Assembly: GCA_023436765.1 (NCBI GenBank)
Contig: JAEZHX010000103.1
Coordinates: 1-40,237, forward strand
Source of the DNA: Bacillota bacterium
GTDB lineage: Bacteria > Bacillota > Clostridia > Lachnospirales > Lachnospiraceae
Length of the DNA: 40,237 bases
Direction of reading: 5' to 3'
This document shows positions 1 to 8,919 of the stretch, piece by piece; positions within the stretch are counted from its first letter, which is position 1, and the number at the start of each line of letters is the position of its first letter. A program made the translations under genes and the position numbers. A model generated the notes under the pieces. It was not told where the DNA came from. It saw only the letters and a program-made list of their open reading frames with translations, and searched no databases.

Positions 1-127
1 CAGCTAAATACATATAACAAAAGAGATTATAACCGCTTTCCGATGAGACCTCTGGGATGGAAATCACCGCAGAATATCTTATTGAATTTTGTTAGGTATG
101 GTGTAACATATGTTTGACAAACCTACA
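1..127 (+). mobile_element. Right end of a probable insertion sequence (IS481-like, DDE integrase-core transposase); truncated by the window edge
   Basis: Frame 1 is open from base 1 (QLNTYNKRDYNRFPMRPLGWKSPQNILLNFVRYGVTYV*, TGA 115-117), resembling the YN..P...L...SP C-terminus of rve-type transposases. It is followed by ...TTTGACAAACCTACA (5'-TGTAGGTTTGTCAA on the minus strand), the TGT end typical of IS481-family elements. Not in the ORF track. Confidence 0.62.
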
Positions 128-191
128 CCTTACTAAGAATCCAATTCTTAGGTAGCGCGATGAAAATTTATCATAACTCATCATATTTCTA

Positions 192-220
192 TTTAAAATA
201 TAAACTCCATGTAGTATACT
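192..220 (+). promoter_or_regulatory. Candidate sigma-A promoter for the flavoprotein gene
   Basis: TTTAAA(192-197)-17 bp-TATACT(215-220), about 30 bp upstream of the ATG at 252. Confidence 0.4.
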
Positions 221-251
221 ATTGGCAGCTTATCTATGGTCAGAAAGGAGA

Positions 252-881
252 ATGAGCTTGAAAGTAATCGCATTGAACGGAAGTCCAAAACCGAAGGGTA
301 ATACCTGGCATGCACTACATACGGTTTGTGATGCACTTCATAAGGAAGACATCGAGACAGAAATACTCCATGTGGGTAATCTGGATATTAAAGGCTGTAT
401 ATCCTGCAACCGCTGTAAAGAAGGATACTGTGTACATTCTGATGAGGAACTTAAGAAAATAATTGATCTTATCTATGCAGCGGATGGTATTGTTCTTGGA
501 AGTCCGGTTTATTATGCCGGTATTGCCGGAACCTTCAAAAGCTTTCTGGATCGTCTTTTTTATGCCAGTCACGGAAGGCTTCGCTTGAAGGTAGGTGCTT
601 CTATCGCCATACCCAGGAGAAGTGGCGGAGTTACCACCTTCGATCAGTTGAATAATTACTTCCTGATCTCTGAAATGCTGATTGCTCCCTCCTATTACTG
701 GAATGTCATTCATGGCGGTACCCCCGGAGAGATCAGTTCTGATACAGAGGGCATGTCAGTGCTTAACAATCTGGCGCAGAATTTCGCTTGGATGCTTAAA
801 ATGAAGGAAGCTACAAAGGAATGCCTGCCACTGCCGTCACCTTACCCCAGAAAATGGATGAATTTTATCAGAAACGATTAG
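252..881 (+). CDS. Flavodoxin-family / iron-sulfur flavoprotein (NAD(P)H-dependent FMN reductase fold)
   Basis: NGSPKPKGNT FMN loop, CxxCxxCxxxxC cluster (CISCNRCKEGYC), LGSPVYY and FLDRLF motifs. RBS AAGGAG sits close before ATG 252 (ORF track starts at TTG 222). Confidence 0.88.
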   Translation: MSLKVIALNGSPKPKGNTWHALHTVCDALHKEDIETEILHVGNLDIKGCISCNRCKEGYCVHSDEELKKIIDLIYAADGIVLGSPVYYAGIAGTFKSFLDRLFYASHGRLRLKVGASIAIPRRSGGVTTFDQLNNYFLISEMLIAPSYYWNVIHGGTPGEISSDTEGMSVLNNLAQNFAWMLKMKEATKECLPLPSPYPRKWMNFIRND

Positions 882-920
882 CGCTTCTTGTGTATACGAG
901 TATCAATTTCCATCTTATAG

Positions 921-949
921 TTTACAATACCTTGTAGAAATAGTAAAAT
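921..949 (+). promoter_or_regulatory. Candidate sigma-A promoter for araB-araD
   Basis: TTTACA(921-926)-17 bp-TAAAAT(944-949). Confidence 0.5.
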
Positions 950-1033
950 TAGCTTAAGTGTTTCACTATACCTTAATGGTAGTAGTTTAATAAGCTTTAT
1001 CTCATTATGTTGAAGAATTAAGGAGGATTTCAC

Positions 1034-2701
1034 ATGGCAAAATATGTTGTTGGGGTCGATTTCGGAACCTTATCCGGACGTGCCCTTCTTGTAAATGTTG
1101 AAAACGGAGAAGAATTGGCATCAGCCGTATATGAATATCCCCATGGAGTCATGGACAAGACCCTGCCCTCCGGAAAGACACTTCCGCCGGACTGGGCACT
1201 GGAGCATCCTCAGGATTACCTTGATGTATTTTCTAACACCATTCCGGCCGTACTTAAAGAATCCGGAGTTGCCTCTGAAGATGTAATTGGTGTTGGTATT
1301 GATTTTACAGCCTGTACCCTGCTTCCCGTGAAGTCGGATGGTACTCCCTTATGTTTCCTCGATCAATATAAGAATGAACCCCATGCCTATATCAAGCTAT
1401 GGAAGCATCATGCTGCCCAGGACAAGGCAAATAAGCTGAATGAGATTGCAGAGAAGACCGGTCAAAAGTGGCTCCCCCGTTATGGTGGCAAGATTTCCTC
1501 CGAATGGGCTATTCCGAAGATCTGGCAGACTCTCGATGAGGCTCCCGAGATTTATCAGGAAGCGGATTATTTTATTGAAGCAGCGGATTGGGTCATCTGG
1601 CAGCTTACCGGTGTACAGACCAGGAATTCCTGTACCGCCGGTTATAAGGCGATCTGGCATAAGAAGGAGGGTTATCCTGATAAGGAATTCTTCAAAGCCC
1701 TGGATCCCAGACTTGAGAATGTAGTAGAAGATAAATTGAATTGTCCGGTCTCTCCACTTGGTAACAAAGCCGGTGAAATTACAGAAAGTGCAGCCCGACT
1801 GACCGGCTTAAAGCCCGGAACTGCAGTAGCTGTTGCCAATGTAGATGCTCATGTTACTGTTCCCGCCGTTAAGATCGATGGCCCGGGCAAAATGCTTGCT
1901 ATTATGGGAACCTCCACCTGCCATATCCTGCTCGGTACGAAGGAGCAGACCGTACCAGGTATGTGCGGCGTAGTTGAGGATGGCGTTTGCCCCGGTTATT
2001 TCGGTTATGAAGCAGGACAGTCCTGTGTTGGTGACCATTTCGCCTGGTTTGTAGAGAATTGTGTAGGTTCTGAATATTATACGGCTGCTAAGGCAGAAGG
2101 ACTAAATATCCATCAATATCTGACCAAGAAGGCAGAACAGCTGAAGGTAGGGGAGAGTGGGCTGGTGGCGCTTGACTGGTGGAATGGCAACCGTTCGGTT
2201 CTGGTGGATGTGGACCTGACCGGTCTGATCCTCGGTATGACGCTCCAGACCAAGCCCGAAGAGATCTATAGAGCCTTAATTGAGGCTACCGCTTACGGCA
2301 CACGTAAAATCATTGAGACCTTCCGTGAAAACGGTGTTCCGGTGGATGAATTCTATGCTTCCGGTGGAATATCCAATAAAAATCCGATGGCAATGCAGAT
2401 TTATGCCGACATCATAAAGGTACCGATTAAGATCGGAGGAACCGCTCAGGGGCCGGCTCTGGGCAGCGCTATTTTTGCTGCTGTAGCTGCAGGATCAAAA
2501 ATGGGTGGATATGATGATGTATTTGAAGCCGGACAAATCATGGGTAAGCTTAAGGATACCGTATATTACCCTATTCCGGCTAACGCCGCAGTTTATGATA
2601 AGCTGTATGACGAGTATTCTCTTCTGCATGATTATTTCGGCAGGGGTGCCAATGATGTCATGAAGCGTCTGAAGGAAATCAAAAAAGAACAGAGCAGATA
2701 A
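1034..2701 (+). CDS. araB: Ribulokinase (FGGY carbohydrate kinase)
   Basis: [41 protein letters not shown] and LDWWNGNRS motifs of Firmicute AraB; strong RBS AAGGAGG. Confidence 0.93.
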   Translation: MAKYVVGVDFGTLSGRALLVNVENGEELASAVYEYPHGVMDKTLPSGKTLPPDWALEHPQDYLDVFSNTIPAVLKESGVASEDVIGVGIDFTACTLLPVKSDGTPLCFLDQYKNEPHAYIKLWKHHAAQDKANKLNEIAEKTGQKWLPRYGGKISSEWAIPKIWQTLDEAPEIYQEADYFIEAADWVIWQLTGVQTRNSCTAGYKAIWHKKEGYPDKEFFKALDPRLENVVEDKLNCPVSPLGNKAGEITESAARLTGLKPGTAVAVANVDAHVTVPAVKIDGPGKMLAIMGTSTCHILLGTKEQTVPGMCGVVEDGVCPGYFGYEAGQSCVGDHFAWFVENCVGSEYYTAAKAEGLNIHQYLTKKAEQLKVGESGLVALDWWNGNRSVLVDVDLTGLILGMTLQTKPEEIYRALIEATAYGTRKIIETFRENGVPVDEFYASGGISNKNPMAMQIYADIIKVPIKIGGTAQGPALGSAIFAAVAAGSKMGGYDDVFEAGQIMGKLKDTVYYPIPANAAVYDKLYDEYSLLHDYFGRGANDVMKRLKEIKKEQSR

Positions 2702-2753
2702 GGGTGGTTGCTTCATCTTCAGGAGGAACAAAAGAAAAGGGGTGTGAGTCCAC

Positions 2754-3488
2754 ATGTTAGAGAGTCTCAAAAGAGAAGTTTTTGAAGCTAATGTACTTCT
2801 CCCAAAGCACAAGCTTGTCAACTTTACCTGGGGAAATGTATCCGGCATCGACCGGAAGAAAGGTCTTGTCGTAATTAAACCTGCCGGAGTAGAGTATGAG
2901 CACCTGACACCGGACGATATGATTGTCATCGACTTGAACGGGCTTAAGGTTGAAGGTAAGTTAAACCCTTCTTCCGACGCTGCCACTCATGTGGAATTAT
3001 ATAACTCCTTCCCTTCCATCCAGGGTATTGTACACTCCTACTCCCGCTGGGCAACGATTTTCTCTCAGATGGGCATGGGGATTCCGGCGCTGGGTACCAC
3101 CCATGCAGATTATTTCCATGGGGAGATTCCCTGTACCCGTAAATTAAGAGCCTATGAAATCCGCGGTGATTACGAAAGAGAAACCGGTGCGGTTATTGTT
3201 GAACGTTTCCGTAAGGGCAAGATCAGCCCGGAGGAAATGCCCGGGGTCCTCGTATGTAATCATGGACCCTTTACCTGGGGAGACAGTCCAAACGAAGCTG
3301 TCCATAATGCTGTTGTCATGGAGGAGATTGCCTTTATGGCTTGGCATTGTATGGCTCTGCCTGATAAATATCTTGTACCTATGCAGAAAGACCTTCTTGA
3401 ACGCCATTACAGCAGAAAACACGGCAAGGATGCTTCCTTTGGTCAGGAAGCTGACAACATCGATGACCGTGAGGATGGCGACGAATAG
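2754..3488 (+). CDS. araD: L-ribulose-5-phosphate 4-epimerase homologue (class II aldolase fold) with a divergent active site
   Basis: FTWGNVSGIDR, IKPAGV, PSSD, GTTHADYF and HGPFTWG motifs; directly downstream of araB. HxH reads HSY and the C-terminal YYGQ reads SFGQ (see findings). Confidence 0.85.
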   Translation: MLESLKREVFEANVLLPKHKLVNFTWGNVSGIDRKKGLVVIKPAGVEYEHLTPDDMIVIDLNGLKVEGKLNPSSDAATHVELYNSFPSIQGIVHSYSRWATIFSQMGMGIPALGTTHADYFHGEIPCTRKLRAYEIRGDYERETGAVIVERFRKGKISPEEMPGVLVCNHGPFTWGDSPNEAVHNAVVMEEIAFMAWHCMALPDKYLVPMQKDLLERHYSRKHGKDASFGQEADNIDDREDGDE

Positions 3489-3522
3489 ACCTTCTTTCTG
3501 CGAAACTATATAGGAGGATCTT

Positions 3523-4929
3523 ATGAAGAGACAAAAGCTTTCTTTGTTTTGTTTCATATTAATATACAGCTTAACCCTGGTTCTTAAGCCTCATGCTGCC
3601 TATGCCACTGTTTCGGATAGCAGCAGCTGGCCTGAAGGACCGGATGTATATGCAGAAGGGGCGATTGTCATGGAAGCCTCGACCGGATTAATTCTATATT
3701 CCAAGAACATGAACGAGCATTATTACCCTGCCAGCATCACAAAGGTCATGACAGCCCTTGTGGCAATTGAGAATTCCACCCCCGGTGAGATTGTTACCTT
3801 CTCGAAAGATGCCATCTTCGGAGTGGACCTGGATAGCAGCCGAATCGGTATTGATGTCGGCGAGCAGCTGACGATGCAGCAATGTCTCTATGCCATCCTC
3901 TTGGAATCAGCCAATGAAGTATCCTATGCTGTAGCTGAGCATGTTGGCGGTGGGGATGTGAATGTCTTCATTCATATGATGAATGAGAAGGCTAAGAGCT
4001 TGGGCTGCAAAAATACGAATTTCGTGAATCCCCATGGGCTCCATGATGATAATCATTATACCTCGCCCTATGATATGGCTTTAATCACCCGGGAAGCGAT
4101 GAAGAATGAAACCTTTCGCAAAATTTTCTTCACCCGGACATATACAATTCCTCCCACGAATATTCAGGAGGAAACCAGGTACTTAGCCAACCACCATAAG
4201 TTTATCTTAAACCGTAGCTACGAGAATTGTCTTGGAGGAAAAACCGGCTATACCAGTGTATCACGGTACACCCTGGTTACAGTGGCAAAACGTGGAGACC
4301 TGGAGCTGGTATGTATTGTCATGAGGGATGATTCCAGTGAGCATCAGTACTCCGACACCACAAAATTACTGGATTACGGCTTTGATAACTTTTCAATCTA
4401 CCCGATTGCTGATCTGGAGGATGCCCCTGTTCTTAAGGAAAGCCCTTTTTTCACACGATATAATACATTACTCGGTAAAACCGACGGTTCGATTACGACC
4501 GATGAGAAAGGTTATTTGGTATTACCAAACAGTGCCTCCTTTCAAGATGCAGTCAAGGAAGTCTCCTTCTTCCCTGCGGGCAGTGAAACCGGCAAGGATA
4601 ATGTCATCGGTAAGATTTCCTATAACTATAACGGAAAATATGTTGGAGGAGCAGATATTCTATATAATAATGTAGTACGGCCTTCCCTGTTTCATAAAGA
4701 ATCTGAGAAGCCGGAACCCACTGCAGCTGCTCCTGCCAGTCCGACTACAGAGGATAAGGTGACCTACCGTCCGATTATCATTGGATTGATTGTTGGGTTA
4801 TTTGCCTTAATCATCGGCTTATATTTTGTTCTGGTTGAGCGCCCTCGTCTGAAGCGCAGAAATGCCTACTATAAAAAACGGGCTCTCCGGAAATCGTCCT
4901 TCCAGGATGATGATTATCTGGATTTATGA
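3523..4929 (+). CDS. D-alanyl-D-alanine carboxypeptidase (peptidase S11, low-MW penicillin-binding protein) with C-terminal membrane anchor
   Basis: Signal peptide; SxxK (PASITK), SxN (ESAN), NPHGL and KTG (GGKTGY) motifs; C-terminal hydrophobic helix followed by a basic tail. Confidence 0.92.
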   Translation: MKRQKLSLFCFILIYSLTLVLKPHAAYATVSDSSSWPEGPDVYAEGAIVMEASTGLILYSKNMNEHYYPASITKVMTALVAIENSTPGEIVTFSKDAIFGVDLDSSRIGIDVGEQLTMQQCLYAILLESANEVSYAVAEHVGGGDVNVFIHMMNEKAKSLGCKNTNFVNPHGLHDDNHYTSPYDMALITREAMKNETFRKIFFTRTYTIPPTNIQEETRYLANHHKFILNRSYENCLGGKTGYTSVSRYTLVTVAKRGDLELVCIVMRDDSSEHQYSDTTKLLDYGFDNFSIYPIADLEDAPVLKESPFFTRYNTLLGKTDGSITTDEKGYLVLPNSASFQDAVKEVSFFPAGSETGKDNVIGKISYNYNGKYVGGADILYNNVVRPSLFHKESEKPEPTAAAPASPTTEDKVTYRPIIIGLIVGLFALIIGLYFVLVERPRLKRRNAYYKKRALRKSSFQDDDYLDL

Positions 4930-4980
4930 GCTTAAAGGATGCCAGCCTGACAGATCTTCCACTGATCCCATGAATTCTGT

Positions 4981-5035
4981 AAAGAAAATGCCACCTTCCT
5001 ACGCTTACACAGCTTGGATTGGTGGCATTTATTTC
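4981..5035. terminator. Probable bidirectional intrinsic terminator between convergent genes
   Basis: AAATGCCACC(4986-4995) pairs with GGTGGCATTT(5021-5030); A-rich left flank, T-rich right flank. Confidence 0.6.
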
Positions 5036-5063
5036 ATATGTAACTCACATCGGACTATTTTTA

Positions 5064-5903
5064 TTATTTCCCGTAGGAGGAAAACAAGGCTGCGATTTCC
5101 TCTTTGGTCAGACTTTTATTTGGATCATCATACAGCGGAACAATTTCCGCATCAGAGTTCCCTATTATGTCATCTTCACTTTGTTGTACAGGTAGCTGCT
5201 CATCCTCTGAGGGTTCCTCTTCTTCTGACGGTCCCTCCTCTAAGAAGCTCATTTCTGTCAGCTCGGGCTCCTGATCCAGCCATTCCTCCGTAAGGCTATC
5301 CTCTTCATATAGACTACGGGGGGTGTCCAGCTTATCTGACCGGAAAGGAAGCTCCTTAAGGGCTTCGAGAATTAATTCAAATTTGTCCTCGTGATGAAGC
5401 ATCCCGGCTTCCTCTCTGATTGCGGCAATCAGAGCCTTCGTATTATCCTTCTGATAATTCACCTCAATATTTAAGGCATTTTTTTGTCCATCCACCAGCT
5501 TCTTCTGAAGTTCAACTACTTTATTAAGAGCCTCTTCATTGCTTTTCTCCATGGATTGTAGCCTAATCATCAGCTCTTCCATCTTCACCTCGAGCGTAGC
5601 TGCCTTTTTCTTCGCTGCCGTATAGGTTGCTTTGTGAAGATTTAAAAGCTCCGTATACCTGATATCGCTCTTTTCGGTCTCTTCCCGGTATAAATGCTCA
5701 AGATAGAAAAGGGTTTTCTCCTTCCATTGCTTCCATTGGCCCCTGATGGAATCTAAAAGCAGGTAAAGGCTGATCAGAATGACAACACCTAAGCCGCCGA
5801 TGGTAAGGATATCTGCTTCTAAAACAAGTAGGCTATATCCTTCTGCCAGTAGTGCAGCCAGAAAAAAGCCACCAAAGAATATGGGGTTTAATTTTATTTT
5901 CAT
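5064..5903 (-). CDS. Uncharacterised membrane-anchored coiled-coil protein with acidic linker and C-terminal amphipathic helix
   Basis: RBS GGAGG before ATG 5903 (ORF track begins 5939); two N-terminal hydrophobic segments, a helical coiled-coil-like region, an E/D-rich linker, ending DDPNKSLTKEEIAALFSSYGK. Confidence 0.82.
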   Translation of the reverse strand: MKIKLNPIFFGGFFLAALLAEGYSLLVLEADILTIGGLGVVILISLYLLLDSIRGQWKQWKEKTLFYLEHLYREETEKSDIRYTELLNLHKATYTAAKKKAATLEVKMEELMIRLQSMEKSNEEALNKVVELQKKLVDGQKNALNIEVNYQKDNTKALIAAIREEAGMLHHEDKFELILEALKELPFRSDKLDTPRSLYEEDSLTEEWLDQEPELTEMSFLEEGPSEEEEPSEDEQLPVQQSEDDIIGNSDAEIVPLYDDPNKSLTKEEIAALFSSYGK

Positions 5904-6010
5904 ATAAATCCTCCATGCTACAGCTTCATAGCAGCACAACTCCCGAAAGAACCAGGCGTAAGCACCACCGTACCCCGATCTGCCCTAAAGGGCGATCAAA
6001 CATATTAGCT

Positions 6011-6038
6011 ATATCGACATAAATTGGATATATCCTTA
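6011..6038 (-). promoter_or_regulatory. Sigma28 (SigD/FliA)-type promoter candidate
   Basis: Minus strand TAAG-16 bp-GTCGATAT versus consensus TAAA-N14-16-GCCGATAT (one mismatch in each box), about 105 bp upstream of the 5903 start. Confidence 0.62.
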
Positions 6039-6069
6039 CCCCCTACTCATAATTCTCTTTTCTATCAGA

Positions 6070-7464
6070 CTACTTTTCTTTTGGCAGCCGTATGGTAAAC
6101 TTCGATCCGAGATCAAGCTTGCTTTCCAGTTCTATCGTTCCGTTATAGTAATTCACCACATGCTTGACGATGGATAAACCAAGACCGGTTCCGCCTACTT
6201 TTTTACTTCTTCCCTTATCAACTCGGTAGAACCGCTCAAATACCCGCTGCTTGGCTTCTTCCGGTATTCCTACTCCGGTATCCTCTACGATGATGACAAT
6301 ATCCTTCGCCTCCGAAGTGACCGTAACGAATACCTGGCCCTTCGGTTTATTATACTTAATTGCATTAATGATCAGATTATTGAATAGCTCCTTCATCTGC
6401 CCCGCATTTGCTTTTAGGCTCAGCGGCTTACAGCTCGCCGATACCGTAACCTGAAACTCCTTTGCCAAGGGCTGCAATGAGGTACATACCTCCTCAATTA
6501 ACGGACATAGCCTTACCTCTGTGATCTCCACCTCAGCTTCCTTGGTTTCCAAACGGGAGATCATCAGGATGTCATTAATCAGATTCGTCATATTCTCAGT
6601 TTCCTGCTTGATCCTTAATAAGAATTCCTTTTCCATGTTCTTATCGGTTGCCATACCATTCTCCAGAAGCTCAGCATATCCACGGATGGAAGTAATCGGT
6701 GTCTTTAATTCATGGGAGGCATTGGAGAAGAACTCCTGTCTTATCATTTTCTCAAACTCTATCTGTTTTCTCGACGCCTGTACTGCATCTGCCATGTGCT
6801 TCGTTGTATCGGCAATTACATTCATCTCCTCATACCTGTATGGCTTAAAATCAAACTCCGGGTTGTCCTCCTTCAGCTTTAGAAGCTCCTCCGCGATATC
6901 CTTTAAAGGTTTTGTCATTGTTTTGGAAAAACGGTTCGCTACTATAACGGATATCAATAAGGATAGTCCTATGCTGATTAGTATAGACGGAAGCAGCGGT
7001 CCAATGTATTCATATAGGCCTGAGAAAGGTACTGCCATTCTCAGGATATAAGCTCCGTTATCGGAAAGAACGGATAAGTACAGCATTGATTGTTTCAGGG
7101 TTTCCGACTTTCGTCTTGCCTCTCCGGAACCGGTATTGATTGCTTCCATCACTTCTTCGCGATGGGAATGGTTCTCCATGGATTGATAGGAGGCGACATC
7201 ACTGTCAGCCAGGATGTTACCTTCAAGGTCCATTACCGTAAAGCGGGAATGCTGATCCAACTGTACCTGTTTCCAATTAAGTATCTGCTCCTGAAGATTA
7301 CTGCCGTAATTAAGAGAATAGTCTACAACCTTCAGAATTCCTCGCATATGCTCTCTTGTCTTGTCGAGCAGGATATCACTCATGGTAACACTAAAAATAC
7401 TGCCGCTTAAAACAAGCGCCAGTGTTAAGGTCAGTATGAATTTCTGAAATACTGCTTTTTTCAT
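6070..7464 (-). CDS. phoR: Sensor histidine kinase, PhoR-like
   Basis: Two TM helices; H-box SHELKTP, N-box NLIINAIKYN, DTGVGI, FYRVDKGRS and GGTGLGLSI; last gene of the pst operon. Confidence 0.85.
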   Translation of the reverse strand: MKKAVFQKFILTLTLALVLSGSIFSVTMSDILLDKTREHMRGILKVVDYSLNYGSNLQEQILNWKQVQLDQHSRFTVMDLEGNILADSDVASYQSMENHSHREEVMEAINTGSGEARRKSETLKQSMLYLSVLSDNGAYILRMAVPFSGLYEYIGPLLPSILISIGLSLLISVIVANRFSKTMTKPLKDIAEELLKLKEDNPEFDFKPYRYEEMNVIADTTKHMADAVQASRKQIEFEKMIRQEFFSNASHELKTPITSIRGYAELLENGMATDKNMEKEFLLRIKQETENMTNLINDILMISRLETKEAEVEITEVRLCPLIEEVCTSLQPLAKEFQVTVSASCKPLSLKANAGQMKELFNNLIINAIKYNKPKGQVFVTVTSEAKDIVIIVEDTGVGIPEEAKQRVFERFYRVDKGRSKKVGGTGLGLSIVKHVVNYYNGTIELESKLDLGSKFTIRLPKEK

Positions 7465-8151
7465 TTATTCCTTCTCTTTAACAAACCGATAACCGACACT
7501 TCTGGTGGTCCGGATACATTGTTCTCCAACTTTTCCAAGCTTCGCACGAAGAGACCGGATATGGATATCCAGTGTCCTGGTTTCTCCATCATAATCATAG
7601 CCCCATATCTGATTTAGCAGCTCTTCCCGGCTGACGACACGGGTATTATTTTCTACCAAATAGTGCAGTAGCTCATACTCCTTATAGGTTAGCTCCACCA
7701 AACGCCCTTCCACTCTTACTTCCCTGGCCTTTGGATTGATGGTAAGTTCCTCTATCTGTGTTACCTCCTCCGTATCCGTCTTATTAGCCCTTCGGAGCAG
7801 GGATCGGATTCTGGCTGCAAGCTCTAATACTCCAAAGGGCTTTGTAATATAGTCATCAGCGCCGACATCCAGGCCTGCCACCTTATCCAGCTCCTTATCC
7901 TTTGCTATCAGGCAGATAATCGGAATGTTTTTTAAGATCGGATCCTGCCTGACTTGGCGAATTGCTGTTAAGCCGTCCATTCCCGGGAGCATCAGATCAA
8001 ATACAGCAAGATCCGGTTTCTCCTCCTTCATACCGGATAAAGCCGGTTCTGCTGCCTCATATGCCCTTATTCGATAACCGAAGCCTTCCAGTGCTACCCT
8101 GAGCAGCTCCCTTATGCTTTCATCATCCTCTATCACATAGATCTTTTCCAA
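7465..8151 (-). CDS. phoP: OmpR/PhoB-family response regulator, PhoP-like
   Basis: Receiver domain (IEDD, DLMLP, GADDYITKPF) plus winged helix (RTLDIHIRSLRAKL); TTG start at 8151 after a GGAGGGGG RBS; adjacent to phoU and the kinase. Confidence 0.85.
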   Translation of the reverse strand: MEKIYVIEDDESIRELLRVALEGFGYRIRAYEAAEPALSGMKEEKPDLAVFDLMLPGMDGLTAIRQVRQDPILKNIPIICLIAKDKELDKVAGLDVGADDYITKPFGVLELAARIRSLLRRANKTDTEEVTQIEELTINPKAREVRVEGRLVELTYKEYELLHYLVENNTRVVSREELLNQIWGYDYDGETRTLDIHIRSLRAKLGKVGEQCIRTTRSVGYRFVKEKE

Positions 8152-8197
8152 ATCTCCCCCTCCGTTCAATGGAGTCTAAAAGAAACCTTTTCTTCCT

Positions 8198-8860
8198 TTA
8201 TAAAATTCTGATATTATTCATCGTACCCGTCTCATGGAATTCTGTCCATTCGCAGATATTGACTGCATGATCCCCAATTCTTTCAAAGTACTTTGCAATC
8301 ATCAGAATATCCACACATTGGTCCACATGCTCTGTCGACGCCCGAAGCAGTACTGCCACTTCCTTCTTCACCTGATCAAAGAGATCATCGACCACGTCAT
8401 CCTTCTTTTCAATCCTCATTGCTTCCTCAATGTCCAGGTTAGTAAATGCCTTTACCGCGTCATGGACCATTTCCTTCGAAACCTTTCCCATCTCCGGAAT
8501 ATGTTTTACCAGGTTATAGATATGCTCTCTCTTTTCCCTCAGAATCAATTCAGCAATATCCGCAGCATGATCCCCGATCCGTTCCATATCTGTAACAACC
8601 TTAAGCGCCGTTGTAACGATCCTAAGATCCCTCGCTACCGGCTGTTGCTTTAATATCAAGGAAAGGCATCTGGATTCTATAGTTTTCTCTATATCATTCA
8701 CGTTACGGTCCCCGGATATGATCTCTCTTGCCAGAGTTTCATCCTGCGTCTCGAAAGCCACTAGTGTTTTCTCAATAGCGGACTCAATCATCTGACCCAT
8801 TTCACGCAAATTATCCTTCAGTAATTGCAGCTCATGTTCAAAGCTCATTCTAGCTGTCAT
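8198..8860 (-). CDS. phoU: Phosphate signalling complex protein PhoU
   Basis: QQPVARDLR and two ERIGDHA repeats. Confidence 0.96.
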   Translation of the reverse strand: MTARMSFEHELQLLKDNLREMGQMIESAIEKTLVAFETQDETLAREIISGDRNVNDIEKTIESRCLSLILKQQPVARDLRIVTTALKVVTDMERIGDHAADIAELILREKREHIYNLVKHIPEMGKVSKEMVHDAVKAFTNLDIEEAMRIEKKDDVVDDLFDQVKKEVAVLLRASTEHVDQCVDILMIAKYFERIGDHAVNICEWTEFHETGTMNNIRIL

Positions 8861-8919
8861 GGTATTTCCTCCTTATATAAATTATACCGTTTCAGATTTT
8901 CCCTGTCAAATACTACTAA

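Noticed and set aside
888..908. Possible AraR operator upstream of araB
   Set aside because: TTGTGTATACGAGTATCAA is too far from the ATTTGTACGTACAAAT consensus to support
4862..5293. 143-aa ORF bridging convergent genes
   Set aside because: Overlaps two better-supported CDSs and crosses the terminator hairpin
5904..6010. c-di-GMP riboswitch ahead of the motility-like gene
   Set aside because: Lacks the GGCAAAC/GAAA tetraloop/GACGCAAAGC pattern of class I and the recognisable class II motifs
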